The notes under the pieces are model-generated. The model had not been told where the DNA came from and searched no databases. It saw only the letters and a list, made by a program, of their open reading frames with translations. A stretch of 64,000 nt of DNA. Origin: Candidatus Marinacidobacterales bacterium. GTDB taxonomy: Bacteria; Acidobacteriota; Vicinamibacteria; Marinacidobacterales; SMYC01. The position numbers and the translations under genes were made by a program. Each line of letters begins with the position of its first letter. Within the stretch, counting starts at the first letter, position 1. Shown piece by piece: positions 29,163 through 38,289 of the stretch. The DNA lies in assembly GCA_965237955.1 (NCBI GenBank), contig OZ250169.1:6656001-6720000 (forward strand), given 5' to 3'.

Positions 29163-31181
29163 CTAATTAGTTCCCGCGCCGACGTGAATGCTAATCCTCT
29201 CCCCCGCAATAATGTGGTCCGAGCTGATGTCGTTCCACTCGCGGATGTCTTCGACGGTGACGCCGAAGCGGCGGGCGATCTTCGAAAGGGTGTCGCCGCG
29301 GCGGACGCGGTAGCTCATTGGGCCCGCGTCCGCTTGGGCGACGGTTGCCTCGCGGACGTAGAGCTCTTGTCCCGGATAGATGCGACTCCGGCGCCCGGAG
29401 AAACCGTTCAGCCGTCTGAGGGTCGATAGGCCGATACCGTGGTCGTCCGCAATCTGGCCCATTGTGTCGCCGGGTTGAACGGTATAGGTCGCTCCACCAC
29501 GCGGAGCCGCACTGCCCCGCCGCGACGTGCTCAGAGTGGCCGCGGCGCGCTCGGTCACGATGAGCTTCTGACCCGGGTAGATGCGCGTCGCGCGTGACGC
29601 CATCCCGTTGAGAGCGCGAAGCTCGGAAAGCGACATCGAAAACGACGTCGAGATATCACCCAACGTGTCACCGCGCTGGACGAGGTAGACGTCCTGCCCA
29701 TTCTCGGCGATGACCTCGCGCCGTTCGACCGATCGAATCCTCTGGCCGCCACTCCCCGGCGGGACCGGTACCGTCAGGACTTGACCGGGGTGGATGAGCG
29801 AGCGGCGACTAACGTTGTTGGCCGCCGTGAGAGCGGCGATCGACGTGCCGTAGCGATTCGCGATACCGGACAGCGTGTCACCCCGGCGCACCACATGCGT
29901 CCCGAAGCGAACGCGCTCGTCTTCAGGGATCGCGGCGAGGGCCGTCTTGAACGCTTCCGCGTTACCCTTCGGAATCCTGATCGGATAGGTGTTGCTGTCG
30001 AGAGGCGTCACCCAGCGCCGGAGCTCGGGATTCAGGAACTTCATGTCGTCCAGGCTCACGCCGGCGGAGTCGGCTGCGGTCGAGAGATCGACCGCGTGTT
30101 CGAGGCGAACCACGTCGTATTCGATCGGTGTCTTCGACGACGATGTGAAACCGTAAGCTTCTGGGTTTTTCGCAATGACGGTGGCCGCGATGATGAGCGG
30201 CACGTAGCTTCGGGTCTCTCGCGGCAGGACGCGCCTTTGCGCATGAACCCAGAAGTCGCGGCTGCCGGTGCGGCGGATCGCGCGCTCGACGCGCCTCTGC
30301 CCCGAGTTGTACGCCGCCATGACGAGGTACCAATCACCGAGATCGGCGTACAGATCTTTCAAGTGCCGTGCCGCCGCGCGGGTCGCCTTCTCAGCATTGA
30401 AACGATCGTCGACCCAAAAAGTCTGCCGCAACCCGTACAGTCGGCCGGTCCCGCGAATGAACTGCCAGATACCGCGAGCGCCCGCGCGCGAGACGGCGCG
30501 TCCCTTGAAGGCGCTTTCCACCATCGCGAGGTACATTAAATCCTGCGGCACTCCCTCTTCCGCGAAGACCTCGTGGACCATCGGGGCGTAGTAGCCGGAT
30601 CGGTCGAGAGCTTCTTGAAACCAATCGTGCCGGCGCAGCTGGAACATCTCGATGATGGAGCGCACCCGCTGGTTCATCACGATGGGGATGTCGTAGGTAA
30701 CCGAGGGAAGGTCGCTCGCCGCAATGGGTGCGGGCTCTTCGGCAGGATCAGCATCGCTCAGCTCTTCGAGCCCGGCGTCGCTCGTGAGCTCGTCCACGGC
30801 CGCGACATCCGCTTGCTCGAGCTCGGCGGCGAGCGCATCGAGAGACGCGCGCTCGGTGTCATGGATCGTCGCGATCACGTCGTTGTAGAGGCCGTCTCCT
30901 TCCGCGCTCGAGGAGACCCCGCCGGGTAAGCCGAGAAGCAGATCCACCGCCCGATCGAACGCGAGACGAGCCTCGCTCCACTGACCTTGGTGGGCGAGCT
31001 CCTCGCCTTTTTCCAGCTCAGCGCGAGCGGATTGAATGACCTCTTTCTGGGAGCTTTCGCTAACCTCCGGCAACGGCGGCGCTACCGGCTCGGTTTCCGT
31101 GTTCTTGCCCGAGCAGCTCGCGAGCGATGCAACAATGGCAACGGTGAGCACACAGCCCAATCGGGTGGAAAACACCGGCAC
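29163..31181 (-). CDS. mltD: MltD-like lytic murein transglycosylase lipoprotein with four LysM domains
   Basis: Lipobox LASC; LAMVESAF, ARGIWQFI, AAYNSG, LPRETRSYVP; four GDTL/GDTM LysM repeats. Confidence 0.9.
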   Translation of the reverse strand: MPVFSTRLGCVLTVAIVASLASCSGKNTETEPVAPPLPEVSESSQKEVIQSARAELEKGEELAHQGQWSEARLAFDRAVDLLLGLPGGVSSSAEGDGLYNDVIATIHDTERASLDALAAELEQADVAAVDELTSDAGLEELSDADPAEEPAPIAASDLPSVTYDIPIVMNQRVRSIIEMFQLRRHDWFQEALDRSGYYAPMVHEVFAEEGVPQDLMYLAMVESAFKGRAVSRAGARGIWQFIRGTGRLYGLRQTFWVDDRFNAEKATRAAARHLKDLYADLGDWYLVMAAYNSGQRRVERAIRRTGSRDFWVHAQRRVLPRETRSYVPLIIAATVIAKNPEAYGFTSSSKTPIEYDVVRLEHAVDLSTAADSAGVSLDDMKFLNPELRRWVTPLDSNTYPIRIPKGNAEAFKTALAAIPEDERVRFGTHVVRRGDTLSGIANRYGTSIAALTAANNVSRRSLIHPGQVLTVPVPPGSGGQRIRSVERREVIAENGQDVYLVQRGDTLGDISTSFSMSLSELRALNGMASRATRIYPGQKLIVTERAAATLSTSRRGSAAPRGGATYTVQPGDTMGQIADDHGIGLSTLRRLNGFSGRRSRIYPGQELYVREATVAQADAGPMSYRVRRGDTLSKIARRFGVTVEDIREWNDISSDHIIAGERISIHVGAGTN

Positions 31182-31194
31182 GCTCGAACCTCCT

Positions 31195-32973
31195 CTAAAC
31201 CTGCACGAAAATATTGTTGTCGTTCCCGAACTCCCGGGCCGACGGCGTGATGACCGTCGACGGGCCTACGGGAAGCTTCCGACCGTCGCTGAGAGCGGAG
31301 CGCACGTCGTCTTCGGAGACGAACTCCAAAGCGTTCACCGACGGCCCCGACACCGACGAGACCGACGCTACCGTCGGTCTCGACGATGTCTCGCCCTCGA
31401 ACGATGCGTCGGGCGCTGAAGCTGAGCCTGAAGCTGAAGAAGACAAGCCCAAGCCCCGGCGAACGAGAAACTGTGTGACACGTTGCTCCAATGGCACTGA
31501 GCGAGTCCCGGTCCCGGTCGACGGCGGTGATGTCGTCACCACCGATGTTGACGCGACCGAAGCCGGGGGAGCGGTACGCTCTCCCGTATAACCATATGCG
31601 TCGAGCGCGGACGCAACATCCACGCTTCGCACTTCGTAAGCGAGCCGCTTCACGTTGATGAGATGAAGCGGGGTGATGTTGTCCGAAGTGATGTTGCCCC
31701 CGTAAGAGCCACATCCGAGCGTCATCGCCGGAAACAGACCGGTGGAAAACCCCACCGCGCCATGGGTGGCCGGGGAGTTCGCGACAATGCGCGACGCCGG
31801 TTTCTGGAGCGCGAACTCGCGAATGATGTCGTCGTTTTTCGAATGGATCGAGAGCGTGTGCCCCATACCGCCGTAGCGCAGAATCTGTTTGGCGCGCTCA
31901 CAACCTTCTTTCCAATCGCGAACGACATAGAACGCGAGAATCGGTGAGAGCTTCTCGATGGACAACGGATAATCGCGTCCGACGCCATCGAGCTCCACCA
32001 CGAGCGCGCGCGTGCCGACCGGCACCGAGAACCCGGCTTTGTCAGCAATGAACGGCGCGCTCTTCCCGACAATTTCCGGGTTCGCGAGCCGTGATGGCAG
32101 CACCGCGATTTTGGCGAGCGTCGCCACTTGATCCGGTGTCAGAAACACGCCGCCTTGGTTGGTAACTTCTTGGCGAACCTGAGATTCGATCGACTGGTCG
32201 CAGATCAACGCTTGCTCGGAGCAACACAGGGTTCCGTTGTCGTAACTCTTTCCGGTAATGATGTCGCGTACCGCCTTGGGAACGTCGGCGCTAGACTCGA
32301 TGTAGGCGGGCACGTTTCCTGGTCCCACGCCGAACGCCGGTTTGCCGGAGCTGTAAGCGGCGCGCACGAGCCCCATGCCGCCGGTGGCGAGGATGACCGC
32401 CGTCAGCCGATGGCTCATCAGCTCCCGAGTCCCATCGAGCGATACCTCGGTCATGCAGTCCACGATGCCTTCGGGTGCGCCGGCAGTCACGGCCGCCTTT
32501 TTCATGACCTCCGTCGTCCTGCCGATGCAATCCTTCGCCGAGGGGTGCGGTGAGAGCACGATGCCGTTTCGCGACTTGAGCGAGATGAGGATCTTGTAGA
32601 TCGCCGTCGACGTCGGGTTCGTCGACGGGACGACGGCGGCGACGACACCGAGCGGCTCGGCAATCTCACAGACCTTTCGCTCCGGAATCTCGCGAATGAT
32701 GCCGACCGTTTTCATGCCGCGGATGAACTCGTGGACATCGTCGGCGGCAAATTTGTTCTTGATGAACTTGTGCTCGACGACACCGTAGCCGGTCTCATCC
32801 ACCGCGAGCTTCGCGAGCTCGTAGGCCGCATCCGACGCCGCCTGCGCGCACGCTCGGACGATGCGATCGACTTGCTCCTGGGTGAAGTGTGCGTAGCTCT
32901 CCCACGCTTTGTGTGAAGCGAGCACCATGTCGCGTGCCTGCTGCACCGAGCGAAGATCGTTGTCGCGGACCAC
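31195..32973 (-). CDS. CoA-acylating aldehyde dehydrogenase, BMC-associated, with C-terminal extension
   Basis: PSTNPTST, ILATGG, GVGPGN, DNGTLCCSEQ, EKLSP, MTLGCG; low-complexity linker and helical peptide after the catalytic domain. Confidence 0.92.
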   Translation of the reverse strand: MVRDNDLRSVQQARDMVLASHKAWESYAHFTQEQVDRIVRACAQAASDAAYELAKLAVDETGYGVVEHKFIKNKFAADDVHEFIRGMKTVGIIREIPERKVCEIAEPLGVVAAVVPSTNPTSTAIYKILISLKSRNGIVLSPHPSAKDCIGRTTEVMKKAAVTAGAPEGIVDCMTEVSLDGTRELMSHRLTAVILATGGMGLVRAAYSSGKPAFGVGPGNVPAYIESSADVPKAVRDIITGKSYDNGTLCCSEQALICDQSIESQVRQEVTNQGGVFLTPDQVATLAKIAVLPSRLANPEIVGKSAPFIADKAGFSVPVGTRALVVELDGVGRDYPLSIEKLSPILAFYVVRDWKEGCERAKQILRYGGMGHTLSIHSKNDDIIREFALQKPASRIVANSPATHGAVGFSTGLFPAMTLGCGSYGGNITSDNITPLHLINVKRLAYEVRSVDVASALDAYGYTGERTAPPASVASTSVVTTSPPSTGTGTRSVPLEQRVTQFLVRRGLGLSSSASGSASAPDASFEGETSSRPTVASVSSVSGPSVNALEFVSEDDVRSALSDGRKLPVGPSTVITPSAREFGNDNNIFVQV

Positions 32974-32976
32974 GCC

Positions 32977-33261
32977 TTAGTCGTCTCCCGGCAGCACGGC
33001 TTCGATGTCCTCGAACGGCCTGGGAATGACGTGCACCGCGACGAGCTCGCCGACACGCCGCGCCGCTGCGGCACCCGCGTCCGTGGCCGCTGTCACCGCG
33101 CCCACGTCTCCGCGCACCATCACCGTAACCAAACCGGCATCGATGCGCTCGAGGCCGATGAGATCGACTCTTGCTGCTTTCACCATGGCGTCCGACGCTT
33201 CGATCGCGCACGTCAACCCTCGTGTCTCCACCATGCCGAGAGCATCGCCCTTCGCTGACAT
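32977..33261 (-). CDS. BMC-H microcompartment shell protein (EutM/PduA-like)
   Basis: ALGMVETRG...[12 protein letters not shown]...RGDVGAV...HVIPRP. Confidence 0.95.
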   Translation of the reverse strand: MSAKGDALGMVETRGLTCAIEASDAMVKAARVDLIGLERIDAGLVTVMVRGDVGAVTAATDAGAAAARRVGELVAVHVIPRPFEDIEAVLPGDD

Positions 33262-33352
33262 AATCTAAGGAAGCATCCAGATTTCGGCGGACTCGGGGAG
33301 CTCTCGCTAAGTCGTTCTGAGAACTAGTCCTAACTCTGCCCGATCTGCAAAG

Positions 33353-33382
33353 ACTATAGCAAAGCCCTTTGAACCAGGTCAA
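33353..33382 (-). promoter_or_regulatory. Sigma70-type promoter for the BMC operon
   Basis: TTGACC-N18-TATAGT with TG extended -10. Confidence 0.55.
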
Positions 33383-33417
33383 GAATTCACGTCGAGCAGC
33401 CGCCAGCTCACATTTTG

Positions 33418-33446
33418 TTGACGGGCGAATGGACGCATGACATACT
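33418..33446 (+). promoter_or_regulatory. Divergent sigma70-type promoter for the lipoprotein gene
   Basis: TTGACG-N17-CATACT. Confidence 0.5.
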
Positions 33447-33519
33447 GCCGGACTTGCTTGTGGGGGAAATGCGCACAAACAACCTGGCACCACCAAGGGC
33501 CACAAGGAGTATGAGGGGC

Positions 33520-34434
33520 ATGCAACGACAGAACTTGAGCATCAACACCATCCGATGGGCAACGACCGCGTTGCTCGGACTCGCTGTGGGATTCGGGCTC
33601 ACCGCCTGCGGCAGCGACAAGACCTCGGAAAGCCGTCCCATCACCGCTAGCGTCGACACCAACAAGCCGAGAGCACCCATTGGTAGTCCCATCGAGATCA
33701 CGTACCGTTTCGACGTCGGCGCCCACTCTGCGCCCATCGACAAAGACTACCGGGTGTTCGTTCATTTCCTGGACTCGCACAACGCGCTCCTGTTCAACGA
33801 CGACCACGATCCGCCGGAGCCAACGAGCTCGTGGGAAGCAGGCTCAACGCTCGAGTACGAGCGCACGCTGTTCATCCCGCTGTACCCGTATCTCGGAACC
33901 GCGTCGATCAATGTGGGCCTCTACATTCCCGAAACCGGCGAACGCCTTGGCCTCACCGGCACCGGCGATGGCAACCTCGCGTTTCAAGCCGGACAGATCG
34001 AGCTCCTCGACCAGAAAGAGAACATTTTTCTGGTGTACAAAGAGGGCTGGCATCAGCTCGAGAACGATCCGGACAACCGCTCGATGGAGTGGCAATGGAC
34101 GAAGCAAGAGGCCGTGTGCTCGTTCCGCAACCCCAAGAAGGAAAGCGTTCTATTCCTGGAAGCGGATACGAACCTCCATGCATTCGAGGAGCCTTTGGAA
34201 GTCGCGGTGATGATTGGCGAGAACGAGATCGCCAAGTTCACCGTGGAAGAGCGCGATCCGTTTCTGAAGAAGATCACGATCCCTGCAGGCGCTCTCGGGG
34301 ACGAGGACTGGGTCGACCTCCGGCTCGTAAACAGCCAGTCGTTCGTGCCGGCCGAAAAGAACATCGGTGACGACACCCGGGAACTAGGCCTAAGAGTCCA
34401 CCACCTTTACGTCGATACGTCCTCAGGAACCTGA
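33520..34434 (+). CDS. Hypothetical lipoprotein (beta-rich)
   Basis: Lipobox LTAC; YRVFVHFLD...DDHDPP...W motif. Confidence 0.7.
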   Translation: MQRQNLSINTIRWATTALLGLAVGFGLTACGSDKTSESRPITASVDTNKPRAPIGSPIEITYRFDVGAHSAPIDKDYRVFVHFLDSHNALLFNDDHDPPEPTSSWEAGSTLEYERTLFIPLYPYLGTASINVGLYIPETGERLGLTGTGDGNLAFQAGQIELLDQKENIFLVYKEGWHQLENDPDNRSMEWQWTKQEAVCSFRNPKKESVLFLEADTNLHAFEEPLEVAVMIGENEIAKFTVEERDPFLKKITIPAGALGDEDWVDLRLVNSQSFVPAEKNIGDDTRELGLRVHHLYVDTSSGT

Positions 34435-34452
34435 TTCGGCAAAGCCGAATTA
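34433..34452. terminator. Hairpin between convergent genes (possible bidirectional terminator)
   Basis: ATTCGGC-AAA-GCCGAAT. Confidence 0.45.
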
Positions 34453-34499
34453 AGTTCCTGTCCCGTGCCCGATCCGGTGCCCGACAACCTAAGGGCCCG

Positions 34500-35780
34500 C
34501 TAACCGTCGCCTTCTTCCTCGATTAACTCGATCTCCAATCTAACCTTCGCCCGAGCCCCCGGCTCAATAGCTGGAAGCTCCACCTTAATCGCCCCTGGAA
34601 TCAAGTGATTAGCCCCGTCCCCGACAAGCTTCAAGTCCACCAGAATTCCCGAGGCTTTGCCAAGTACCCCTTTCGGCACCTCCGCCGTCCCTTCCCCCTC
34701 CGCAAAGATTGTCGTCGACGGCTCCTCGGCCTTCTTGGACCGCCCCAGACCAAACGCCATTTCGCGAAGCTTTCCTAGCTCGCGCTCGATGTCGGGCGTC
34801 GACTGCGTGGCGACTTTATCGGGATTCGCCGCGGACTTCCGAGCGGCGTCGTCGATATCCTGAGTGACTTCGGGGTTCGCAGCGAACTCGACTTTCACTT
34901 CGGCGGTCGACGCTTCTGGCCCCAGCTCTTTTTCAACCGGTGGGGGCTCGGCGACGGCCACTTCGGTGATGGCGACGGCTTCGGGGTCGAGGTCGTCTTC
35001 GAGCTCAGCGAAGAGCTCGTCGCTCGTCTGAGGAGCTTCGGCGGCATCGACAACCGGCAGAGGCGCGGCATCCCCTGACGGCCCTGACGGCGGTGGGCTG
35101 GATGGAGCCGAAAGCTCGGCCGTCGTTGGCGTTTCCTCTTCCATGGAAACTTCTCCTAGTGAGCCCACGAGAACGGGAGCTTCCCCGTCGCCCGAGATCT
35201 TTCGGTGCACCGCCGCGAGCGTTTTTTTCGAGATCGATTTCAAAGTCTCGAAAACTCCGACGCCGTGGAGCGCCGCGCCTTCGAACGCGTCGAAGCCATC
35301 GTGGTTGAGATGCCTGTTGAGCGCTTCCACGGAGAGGATGTTACGCAAATCTCTCTTGTTGTATTGGAAGATAAACGGAATCTTGCCGATAGGTTGGTTC
35401 AACTCTTCCAAGTTCCGTTTGAGATTATGAAAGCTTTCGATGTTGGCGTCGAGCGCCGGTTCCTGAGAATCCGCGACGAAAACGATGCCGTCGACGCCTT
35501 TGAGCACGAGCTTCCGTGTCGTGTTGTAGAAGACCTGGCCGGGAACGGTATAGAGCTGAAGCCGAACCCGCATCCCACCAATCGTCCCCACTTCTAGAGG
35601 CAACAGGTCGAAGAACAGCGTGCGATCCGCCTCGGTCTCGAGGCTCACCATTTCTCCACGCGAGCCCGGGTCGGTGCGCGAGTGGATTTGATGCAGATTC
35701 GTGGTTTTCCCGCAGAGGCCGGGACCGTAGTACACGATCTTGGCCGACACCTGCATCGTTGTGTAGTTGAAGAAAACCAC
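34500..35780 (-). CDS. MglA-family small GTPase with long acidic C-terminal extension
   Basis: KIVYYGPGLCGKTTN, DRTLFFD, LYTVPGQ, YNKRD. Confidence 0.9.
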   Translation of the reverse strand: MVFFNYTTMQVSAKIVYYGPGLCGKTTNLHQIHSRTDPGSRGEMVSLETEADRTLFFDLLPLEVGTIGGMRVRLQLYTVPGQVFYNTTRKLVLKGVDGIVFVADSQEPALDANIESFHNLKRNLEELNQPIGKIPFIFQYNKRDLRNILSVEALNRHLNHDGFDAFEGAALHGVGVFETLKSISKKTLAAVHRKISGDGEAPVLVGSLGEVSMEEETPTTAELSAPSSPPPSGPSGDAAPLPVVDAAEAPQTSDELFAELEDDLDPEAVAITEVAVAEPPPVEKELGPEASTAEVKVEFAANPEVTQDIDDAARKSAANPDKVATQSTPDIERELGKLREMAFGLGRSKKAEEPSTTIFAEGEGTAEVPKGVLGKASGILVDLKLVGDGANHLIPGAIKVELPAIEPGARAKVRLEIELIEEEGDG

Positions 35781-35876
35781 AGCGGTCGCCTCTTATTCTT
35801 TTGAAAATCAAACAGATAGGACCAGTTGTGATCTTAACGAGCGGAACGACGATCCGTCAAGGAAGCTGCCATGCGG

Positions 35877-35911
35877 GGACGGCTGATGGCTGATGGCTGA
35901 TGGCCGACGGC
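35877..35911. repeat. Heptamer tandem repeat (GGCTGAT)n
   Basis: GACGGCTGATGGCTGATGGCTGATGGCCGACGGC; near copy at 43301-43330. Confidence 0.7.
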
Positions 35912-35915
35912 AGCA

Positions 35916-37652
35916 TTATCGCGGCTTCAAAATCGCATACACCGGCAACCCGACCCCTTCGAACCGCTTGATCACCTCGCGCGCCGGCGACGCCTCGGGA
36001 TCCTCCGCTTGGAACTTGACCTTCACGTAGTCCTCGAGCCGTGCCGTCACCTCTGGATCCTTGAAAGTCGTCTTGTCCATGGTGAGGCAGTTCTTGCACC
36101 ACGTGGCCCACACGTCGACCAGAACCATCTTGTTCTCGGCCTTCGCCTGCGCGAGCCCGGCGTCCAGTGAAGGCATCCAGCCTTCTTCGATCTTCTCCTG
36201 AACGCTCGCGGCGACTTCGGTCGCGTCGACGAAGCGCTGGCTCACGATCTCGTACCCGAGATATCCGTAGTAGGCAGCGAACCCGAGGATCAGGACTCCG
36301 AACGCTTGTTTGACACGAACCATCCACGTGCCCGGGCGCGGCAGCAGCGAAATACCCGCTCCAGCAATAGGCCACGGGATGGCCATCCCGACGCCGAGCA
36401 GGAATGGAAGCGCGAGCGCCATCACCTGCCCCTTCGAGTAGAGAGCGCTCGAGAACACCACGACCTGGATGACGACGGGCGCGACACAGGCACCGGCAAG
36501 AAGCGCCGCGACCGCTCCCATCCCGAACGCGACGAGGTACTTCCCACCTTTTTCGGAGAAGGAGACTTTCGATTGCAGACTCGAGAAATCGATGGTGATG
36601 ATGTCGAACATCGCGAGCGCAAGGACGACGAACAAGACAGCAATGGCAAGGTTGAACCAAGCGGACGCATTGATGGTGCCGAACGTTCCAGCGGTGAGAA
36701 TCACGACCAACCCGAGCGCACCATAGACGAGTGCCATCGCCAGACCGTAAGCACCTCCGAGCATGAAGCCCTGGGCGCGAGAGCCGCCGTGCGCGCCCGC
36801 GCCGATGATGCCTAGATTGATCGGGGTCATCGGGAGAACGCACGGTGTCAAATTGAGCGCGAGTCCTCCGAGAAGCACGATCGCGACGATGGCGAAGGCA
36901 CCCTTGCCCTCGAACCAGCCTTGCCGGACGCGCCCCGCTTCGGCGTCGTCGATGAACTCGATGAACGCCTTGCTTCCGAGGAAGCCGCCCGTCGTTCCGA
37001 CGACGGCGAAATCATTGAGCGCAGTCAACACATCTCCGACATCTCCACTGGCGACAGAGACCACGTCCGCGAGATTCAATTCCGGCGCTTTTGCGAGGAC
37101 TCCGGCCGGCGTCGTCTTCGTGAAGTCGATCGCATCGAAGACAGCCGCGCTCGTCGGGCTCAGCGTTTGATCGGCTCCGACGACGTTGAACGCCACTTGA
37201 ACCGTCAACTTGTCGGGCCGGTAGCAAACTTTGTCGTCGCATGCCTGGTAGTTGAGTTGTCCTAAAAGGACGTGCTCCCCGGTCGCGAGGGCCGGATCCA
37301 GTTCCATCGCGACACCGATCGCGAACTCTTCTTCGAAAACTGCGAGCGGCGTCTCGGAACCGCCGGTGACCAGAAGAATAGGTTCGGGGTACGCGAGCCC
37401 GTTCACGTTCACGCCCGGTAACGGCGCGAACTCGAGCGACGTGGGAATCAGATACTGCTCGAGCGGCTCGTTCGAGTTGACGTGAAAGCCCGGTTGAAGC
37501 CGAACCTGCACGACCGCGCGCGGACTCGTGCCCGCGTGCACCCTGTCCGACTCGACGAGCGGCCGAACGTCAACCTGGATGCGCCCCAGCTGAGCCGCGG
37601 CGGCGACAGGCAGCACGATCAACGCAATCGCAAGCAACGATTTCATGCGCAT
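35916..37652 (-). CDS. dsbD: Thiol:disulfide interchange protein DsbD
   Basis: YQACDDKVC (alpha), LNLTPCVLP and AGACVAP (TM), WATWCKNC (Trx). Confidence 0.9.
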   Translation of the reverse strand: MRMKSLLAIALIVLPVAAAAQLGRIQVDVRPLVESDRVHAGTSPRAVVQVRLQPGFHVNSNEPLEQYLIPTSLEFAPLPGVNVNGLAYPEPILLVTGGSETPLAVFEEEFAIGVAMELDPALATGEHVLLGQLNYQACDDKVCYRPDKLTVQVAFNVVGADQTLSPTSAAVFDAIDFTKTTPAGVLAKAPELNLADVVSVASGDVGDVLTALNDFAVVGTTGGFLGSKAFIEFIDDAEAGRVRQGWFEGKGAFAIVAIVLLGGLALNLTPCVLPMTPINLGIIGAGAHGGSRAQGFMLGGAYGLAMALVYGALGLVVILTAGTFGTINASAWFNLAIAVLFVVLALAMFDIITIDFSSLQSKVSFSEKGGKYLVAFGMGAVAALLAGACVAPVVIQVVVFSSALYSKGQVMALALPFLLGVGMAIPWPIAGAGISLLPRPGTWMVRVKQAFGVLILGFAAYYGYLGYEIVSQRFVDATEVAASVQEKIEEGWMPSLDAGLAQAKAENKMVLVDVWATWCKNCLTMDKTTFKDPEVTARLEDYVKVKFQAEDPEASPAREVIKRFEGVGLPVYAILKPR

Positions 37653-37786
37653 GACAGGTTCATTCTACTGCAAGCCAGGCGCGCGCGCGGTGAAGCGTTC
37701 AACAGGTTCGGTCTGCTCCCGAGAGACGGCCGATGGCGGAATTCCTCTTGATCCGCAGCCCAGATCAAGCTAATTTCTCGCAACTC

Positions 37787-38269
37787 ATGCGGTTGGGAAT
37801 CGTGCTCCTTCTTGGTCTCGTCACGCTTGGCGCCACGGCGTGCGGAAACGCTGGCGCTTCACCCGAACAACCCATTGCGTTTCCTCACAAGCCGCACGCC
37901 GATGCTCAAATCGACTGCGTGTTCTGCCACGAGTTCTTCGACAGCCAAGCGGCGGCGGGAATACCCCGGACGGAGCTTTGCGGGACGTGCCACAGCGCGA
38001 TGTCGCAGGAGAGCGAGGCGACCCAAAAGCTGATGGAGTACGTCGACGCCGAAGAAGTGATCCCTTGGGTGCGGTTGTATCAGCTGCCGCAATACACGTA
38101 TTTCCCGCACAAGTGGCACGTGCGCGCCGGCATCGAGTGCGGCGAGTGCCACGGTACCATCGGCGCAAGCATGACCGCGGTGCGCCACCGTGTCCTCGAC
38201 ATGCAATGGTGCCTCGACTGCCATGAACCCCGTCAAGCATCGGTCGATTGCGTGACCTGCCATAAGTAG
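37787..38269 (+). CDS. Pentaheme cytochrome c (ActA/QrcA-like)
   Basis: Five CxxCH (CVFCH, CGTCH, CGECH, CLDCH, CVTCH); QPIAFPHKPH; IPWVRLY. Confidence 0.9.
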   Translation: MRLGIVLLLGLVTLGATACGNAGASPEQPIAFPHKPHADAQIDCVFCHEFFDSQAAAGIPRTELCGTCHSAMSQESEATQKLMEYVDAEEVIPWVRLYQLPQYTYFPHKWHVRAGIECGECHGTIGASMTAVRHRVLDMQWCLDCHEPRQASVDCVTCHK

Positions 38270-38289
38270 AGCACCTGACATGACCTCTC

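Noticed and set aside
31415-31445. GCTGAA-type repeat
   Set aside because: Encodes the Ser/Ala linker of the aldehyde dehydrogenase.
33262-33510. Intergenic region as tRNA/ncRNA
   Set aside because: No cloverleaf or known motif seen; explained by divergent promoters.
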